A stretch of 64,000 nt of DNA from Bilabrum cf. latius (Eukaryota), in the NCBI GenBank assembly GCA_965178125.1, contig OZ237757.1, positions 434,001 to 498,000 on the forward strand, written 5' to 3'. A program made the translations under genes and the position numbers. Positions 60,211 through 64,000 of this stretch are shown here, in pieces. The stretch's first letter is position 1. The number at the start of each line of letters is the position of its first letter. The notes below the pieces were generated by a model that was given only the letters and a program-made list of their open reading frames with translations, made no database searches and was not told where the DNA came from.

Positions 60211-61973
60211 TCACTGCCTCCCCCCCTACCTCGCCGAAGCCACACTCTAGTACCACCCTAGGGGCTCACCAGGCTTGTTCGCCTTGCACAGCGTCTTTGC
60301 CTCCAAGAAAGGCCCCAGTGCATTGGGGCCCATCTCCCTGCCGATCCCGCTCTCGCCCATCCCACCCCAGGGGAGCTGCGGCGGCACGGGCTGCGCGCAA
60401 TTCTCCCACACAGTCCCTGCCCTGATGCCGCGGGCCACACGTCGCATCGCGTCGTCGTCTCCACCGAAGACCGCGGCGGCAAGCCCGAACTCGGAATCGT
60501 TTGCCATGGCGATGGCCTCCTCCTCCGTCTTGTAGGTCGCCAGGTGACCCACAGGCCCGAAGATCTCAGTGTTCCACAGCGGAGTCCCCGGAACAACCCC
60601 ATCAAGCAGCGTCGGCTCCACGAAACAGCCCTCCGGGATTCGATCCCCGGCAGACTCGTCCGCAAACGAGCCCGTGAGCAGCGTGGCACCGGCCGCCTTC
60701 GCCGCCCGAAGCCCCTGGAACACCTTGTCCCGCTGGGCGGCGGAGATCACAGGGCCCAGCTCGTTGGCTCTCTCGTCCTCCGCAGCGCCGCAGCCTCTCC
60801 ACCCAGTGGCAGTCTCCGACTCGGAATCAGAACCGCTGCCTGAACCGCCCCCCCCCGCGGGAGGCATCAGGCCATCGTCACCCGCCAGGTGCTCGAATGG
60901 CCCTCCCACGCGCAGCCCCTTCACGGCCTCCGCCAGCCTCTCCTTGACCTCGCTGTGAATGGACTCGTGCACGATCATGCGGGCCGTGGAGGAGCAGATC
61001 TGGCCCGCGTTCCAGTAGGTGGAGAACAGGAGGTGCTCCACGGCGGTATCCAGGTCGGCGTCATGCATGACCACGGCGGGGCTCTTGCCCCCAAGTTCCA
61101 GCACGACCGGCCGCGCCCCTCGAGCGGCAGCCTGCATGACCCGCTCCCCCGTGGGGCCGCTCCCCGTGAAGGAGAGCTTGCGACCAAGAGGGGAGCGAGC
61201 AAGTGCCTCGCCAACGGCACCGTCCCCGCACACCACCTGAAGCACCCCGGGGGGCAGCATACCCGTATCTTCTGCCGCCTGTGCCAGCGCGAGTGTCGTG
61301 AGCGGGGTCAGCTCCGATGGCTTCAGCACGATGGGGCACCCCGCCGCCAGGGCGGGCGCCGCCTTCCAAGCAGCCATCATGAGTGGGTAGTTAAAGGGAC
61401 AAATACCCACCACCGTGCCGATGGCCTCGTGGGTGATTTCACCCCGATAGTCTCCGGTGTGGTCCATCCTGTCGGCGAGACGCTCCGTGAACACACCACC
61501 AGGCTGCCCTCCCTTGATGGCTTCCTAGGCGCAGTAGCGGAACGCCGTGACCGCCTCATCGACGTCCCCCTCGGCCTCCTTCAGCGGCTTCCCAGTGTTT
61601 AAGCTCTCGATTCTGCGATATTGGGAGAGCATATGGCGCATGAACTCGAATCGCGCGGGATTGGAGGGCCCAGTTGCAGCTAGCACCACTCCTCTCACTC
61701 TGCTATCCACGCTTTGCGCTTCTCCAAATTGTCAGCTATCCGGTTCAAGGCCTCCCCGCGGTCCTCTGGCAATGTTGATCTCCAGAGCGCTTCTGCCTAG
61801 AATGCTGCTTCCATGGCAGCGGTAGCTGCGGCCGGATCGTTCGGCTGTTCGCAAATGGTCTCATTCGAGCAAGGGTTGATCACTGGAAACGATTTCTGAA
61901 CCGCGGACCACCGTCCAGCAACGAAATTCTTCATTGGGATTCGCCTTGCGATGCGCGCGGCCCGTGCGGCCAT
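60211..61973 (-). CDS. Aldehyde dehydrogenase, betaine/aminoaldehyde dehydrogenase-like; 2 exons
   Basis: INPC, ESLNTGKP, PFNYPL, LKPSELTP, FTGS, LELGGKSP, GQICSS, EIFGPV, C-terminal EPLGWY; intron 61613-61698; 4 TAGs; first TGA at 60211-60213; Arg-rich N-terminus may be a transit peptide. Confidence 0.92.
61613..61698 (-). other. Spliceosomal intron (ALDH)
   Basis: GTGAG...TCGCAG; restores WIAE-IESLNTGKP. Confidence 0.85.
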
Positions 61974-62134
61974 GACTCCAGATGCGATTGCGAAAGGTGC
62001 GACAGCCTCCTGCCCACACAAACCAGGTCGCTGCTGGAGGCACTCGTCATTTCAAGCGTTTTCGAGGCGACTTTGATTGATCCAATCGCATGCAATATAC
62101 AGCCAATATCGTGATTGTTGCTTCAAGCGCGGCA

Positions 62135-63104
62135 TCAGGGCTTCGCAGCATCGATGGCCTTCCTAATCTCCTCGGCGTGCGCAGCGCCCGCCGCGTCCGC
62201 AGTGGCCTTGCCTTCCTCCTCACCGTGCTTCTCGGCATCCCCAGCATTCTTGGACACCTCGTCCACGCCACCCTTGGCCGTAGAGGCGTGCTCCTACCCG
62301 GCCTCGTCGGCCGATTTCCCAGCCTCTTCCTCCGAGACGCCCCCTGCATCCTTGTCGTTAGACACCGTGATGTGGGTGCTCGTCTCGGTCACGTGCTCAC
62401 CGTGCTCGTTTGTGTGAGTTTTCGTCTCAGTCTTAAGGTTCACGTGCTTCTTCTGCGCGCAGGGCACGTCGTCCTCGCACTTGAGCTGGCAGTCGGGCCG
62501 CGGGCAGTCCGATGGCTTGTGGCAGCTCCACTCGCATTCCACGTCCTCGCACTTCACCTCGCACTTGGCTGACGGGATGGAAGGCACGGTGACGCCACAC
62601 TTGGGAGGCTTGCACACGGTCTCGCATTGCGGGCAATCCTCTTTCTCGCACACGTCCTCCGGGCACTGGACCTCGCACGCGGGCTCCTCACTGCGATCCG
62701 AGAGAGCAGGCGCAGCAACACGGCAAATGAAAATACGTGAGATGAACTAGATACGAGCGGGTAGTACATGTGCAAGTAGTACATGTGCAATGCTCTAGAC
62801 TACTTACCAGCTCGTTTTCGTGGACAGTTCATGCTCTTCGCAAGTGGTTTGGCACTTGGGTGCCTTGCAGACCGGGTCGCATACCTGCATGAGCATGAAT
62901 TGAACAAGGGTACGCGGAACTAGGCGCCTAAATGAATAACGCGCAATGGTATCCCGAATGGAAGCAGGTACAGAATCTCACCTGAGGGCATACTGGGTCT
63001 GTGCACTCCCATCGGCATACTGGGTGGCAAGACTCGTCAACTTCACCTTCCTATGCGTACGCAACGGACAAGAAAACGAAAGAAGCAACAGTAAGCAGCC
63101 TCAT
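62135..63104 (-). CDS. Secreted cysteine-rich (CxxxC repeat) protein with an acidic/His tail; 3 exons
   Basis: MRLLTVASFVFLSVAYA*EGEVDESCHPVCRWECTDPVCPQ|VCDPVCKAPKC..; introns 62885-62981 and 62691-62807 keep the Cys register; TAGs 63051 and 62294; ends TGA. Confidence 0.82.
62691..62807 (-). other. Spliceosomal intron (Cys-rich protein intron 2)
   Basis: GTAAG...TCGCAG; contains a 15-bp tandem duplication GTAGTACATGTGCAA x2 (62761-62790). Confidence 0.8.
62885..62981 (-). other. Spliceosomal intron (Cys-rich protein intron 1)
   Basis: GTGAG...ATGCAG; joins CPQ to VCDP. Confidence 0.8.
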
Positions 63105-63589
63105 GGGGGCTACGCTGCAGCAATGTATTTGGCCCTGAGCTGGCTCAATTTAGTCAGATTCTGCTCGCAACATTCAAGCTGCATTCGTCACAGACAGAGC
63201 AGTTGCTGCAAAATTTCATTCGGAGTGTCCTGTTGATTACACGACGTTTCAATGGCGTTATTTGACCGTAGCAGAGTTCGATTGCATCTTACATTTGAGC
63301 GACGTGCTGGGGGTACTTTGGTTGTTCCAGTCGTCACAGAAACTCCTAGAGAGGCATGGCCAAGGTTGAATCGATTGTCAAGTCTTGTGCTCGATCATGT
63401 ACGAGATCTCGTGTTGAAAAAGGGCCTAGATTTGCTTGGCTACGTTGGTTTAGAAGTTCGCGATGCAGGTCTTCGAAAGAAAGGGTAGGATGAGTTCTCG
63501 ACGTAGTTCGAGATGGACATTGAGATTGGGATTGGCAGCTCGTCATACCGCGTCCTCGAATTGGGCGGGGTTCGGGCGCAGACGGCCAG

Positions 63590-64000
63590 TCAACCTACAA
63601 CATCGGTCCAATCTGAGTAGCTGAAGGAAGGCGACGCCATAGCCTCCACCCTGCCTGCCATGCGCTCGTCTGAAGTGGCATTGCACCCTTTGATTGTGTC
63701 CATCCAGCCAAAGACAGGCATCCAAGCTGATCTGGCAAGAGAAGGCTATAGCGACCATCCATCATTGCCCAGTACTACATCGATCGGAGGCATTACACTA
63801 AGGAGTGCGGTGCCGGGGGCCGGTGCCTCCTTGCCGACAATGCCGTCGGCCGCCAGCCCAGACACAACTGGAGTGTCCCTGGGACATGCAGCTACTAGCA
63901 GCACTGCCAGCGGGCCCGGTACACCTGCATCATCATCATCATCATCATCATCATTATTTGCAGGATCATCGTCCTCATCATCGGTGCCACAGACAGTGCC
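63590..64000 (-). CDS. 3' end of a hypothetical protein (poly-Asp tract); 5' end lies outside the window
   Basis: Frame open from the window edge through (GAT)8 and one TAG to TGA 63590-63592. Confidence 0.45.

Noticed and set aside
63928-63954. (CAT)n microsatellite as a separate element
   Set aside because: Explained as a poly-Asp coding tract on the minus strand.
1-64000. Mass pseudogenisation or RIP-like C-to-T decay as the cause of the internal stops
   Set aside because: Decay would also create TAA (from CAA), TGA (from CGA/TGG) and frameshifts; only TAG occurs and catalytic motifs are intact.
1-64000. TAGs as acceptors of tiny introns
   Set aside because: Repeat and paralog alignments are colinear across the TAGs with no extra bases, and the real introns end in GCAG.
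1-64000. Pyrrolysine or selenocysteine recoding
   Set aside because: TAG is frequent in unrelated genes and linkers and aligns to Gln; no pyl genes are present; TGA acts as the stop.
1-64000. Prokaryotic or phage origin (for example a code-15 phage)
   Set aside because: Spliceosomal introns and eukaryote-specific genes (MAPK, CDK, RBR ligase, L-type lectin, PCIF1) are present, with no operon structure.
1-64000. Suppressor tRNA-Gln(CUA), rRNA or eRF1 gene in the window
   Set aside because: No cloverleaf, rRNA or release-factor sequence was recognised by eye; the decoding machinery is presumably elsewhere.

Overview
Compact, GC-rich eukaryotic (protist-type) genomic DNA with about 22 protein genes on both strands, mostly 100-700 bp apart, and nine short GT-AG introns. 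The main observation is that TAG is not a stop codon here. The standard-code ORF track splits nearly every gene into same-frame fragments broken only at TAG (about 100 in-frame TAGs by hand count; no internal in-frame TAA or TGA found). Repeat and paralog alignments inside the window place TAG opposite CAG/CAA, which points to UAG = Gln while UGA (about 21 genes) and apparently UAA (1 gene) still terminate, a rare split of the UAR pair. Read with this code, the window encodes a DEAH helicase-RBR ligase fusion, a Spinster-like MFS transporter, a TEY MAP kinase, an L-type lectin, a ~2,890-aa 7xWW+PH protein, a TPR protein, GH30, GH127-like and MRH-GH29 glycosidases, an ankyrin protein, a PTAR1-like prenyltransferase alpha subunit, a CDK-like kinase, a GT4 glycosyltransferase, an inverted pair of secreted paralogs, PCIF1, an ALDH and a Cys-rich secreted protein. 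Non-coding candidates include a structured RNA-like segment, a hairpin minisatellite and a TCCGGA motif between convergent genes. All calls come from reading the sequence by hand; no searches were run and the organism cannot be identified from this window.
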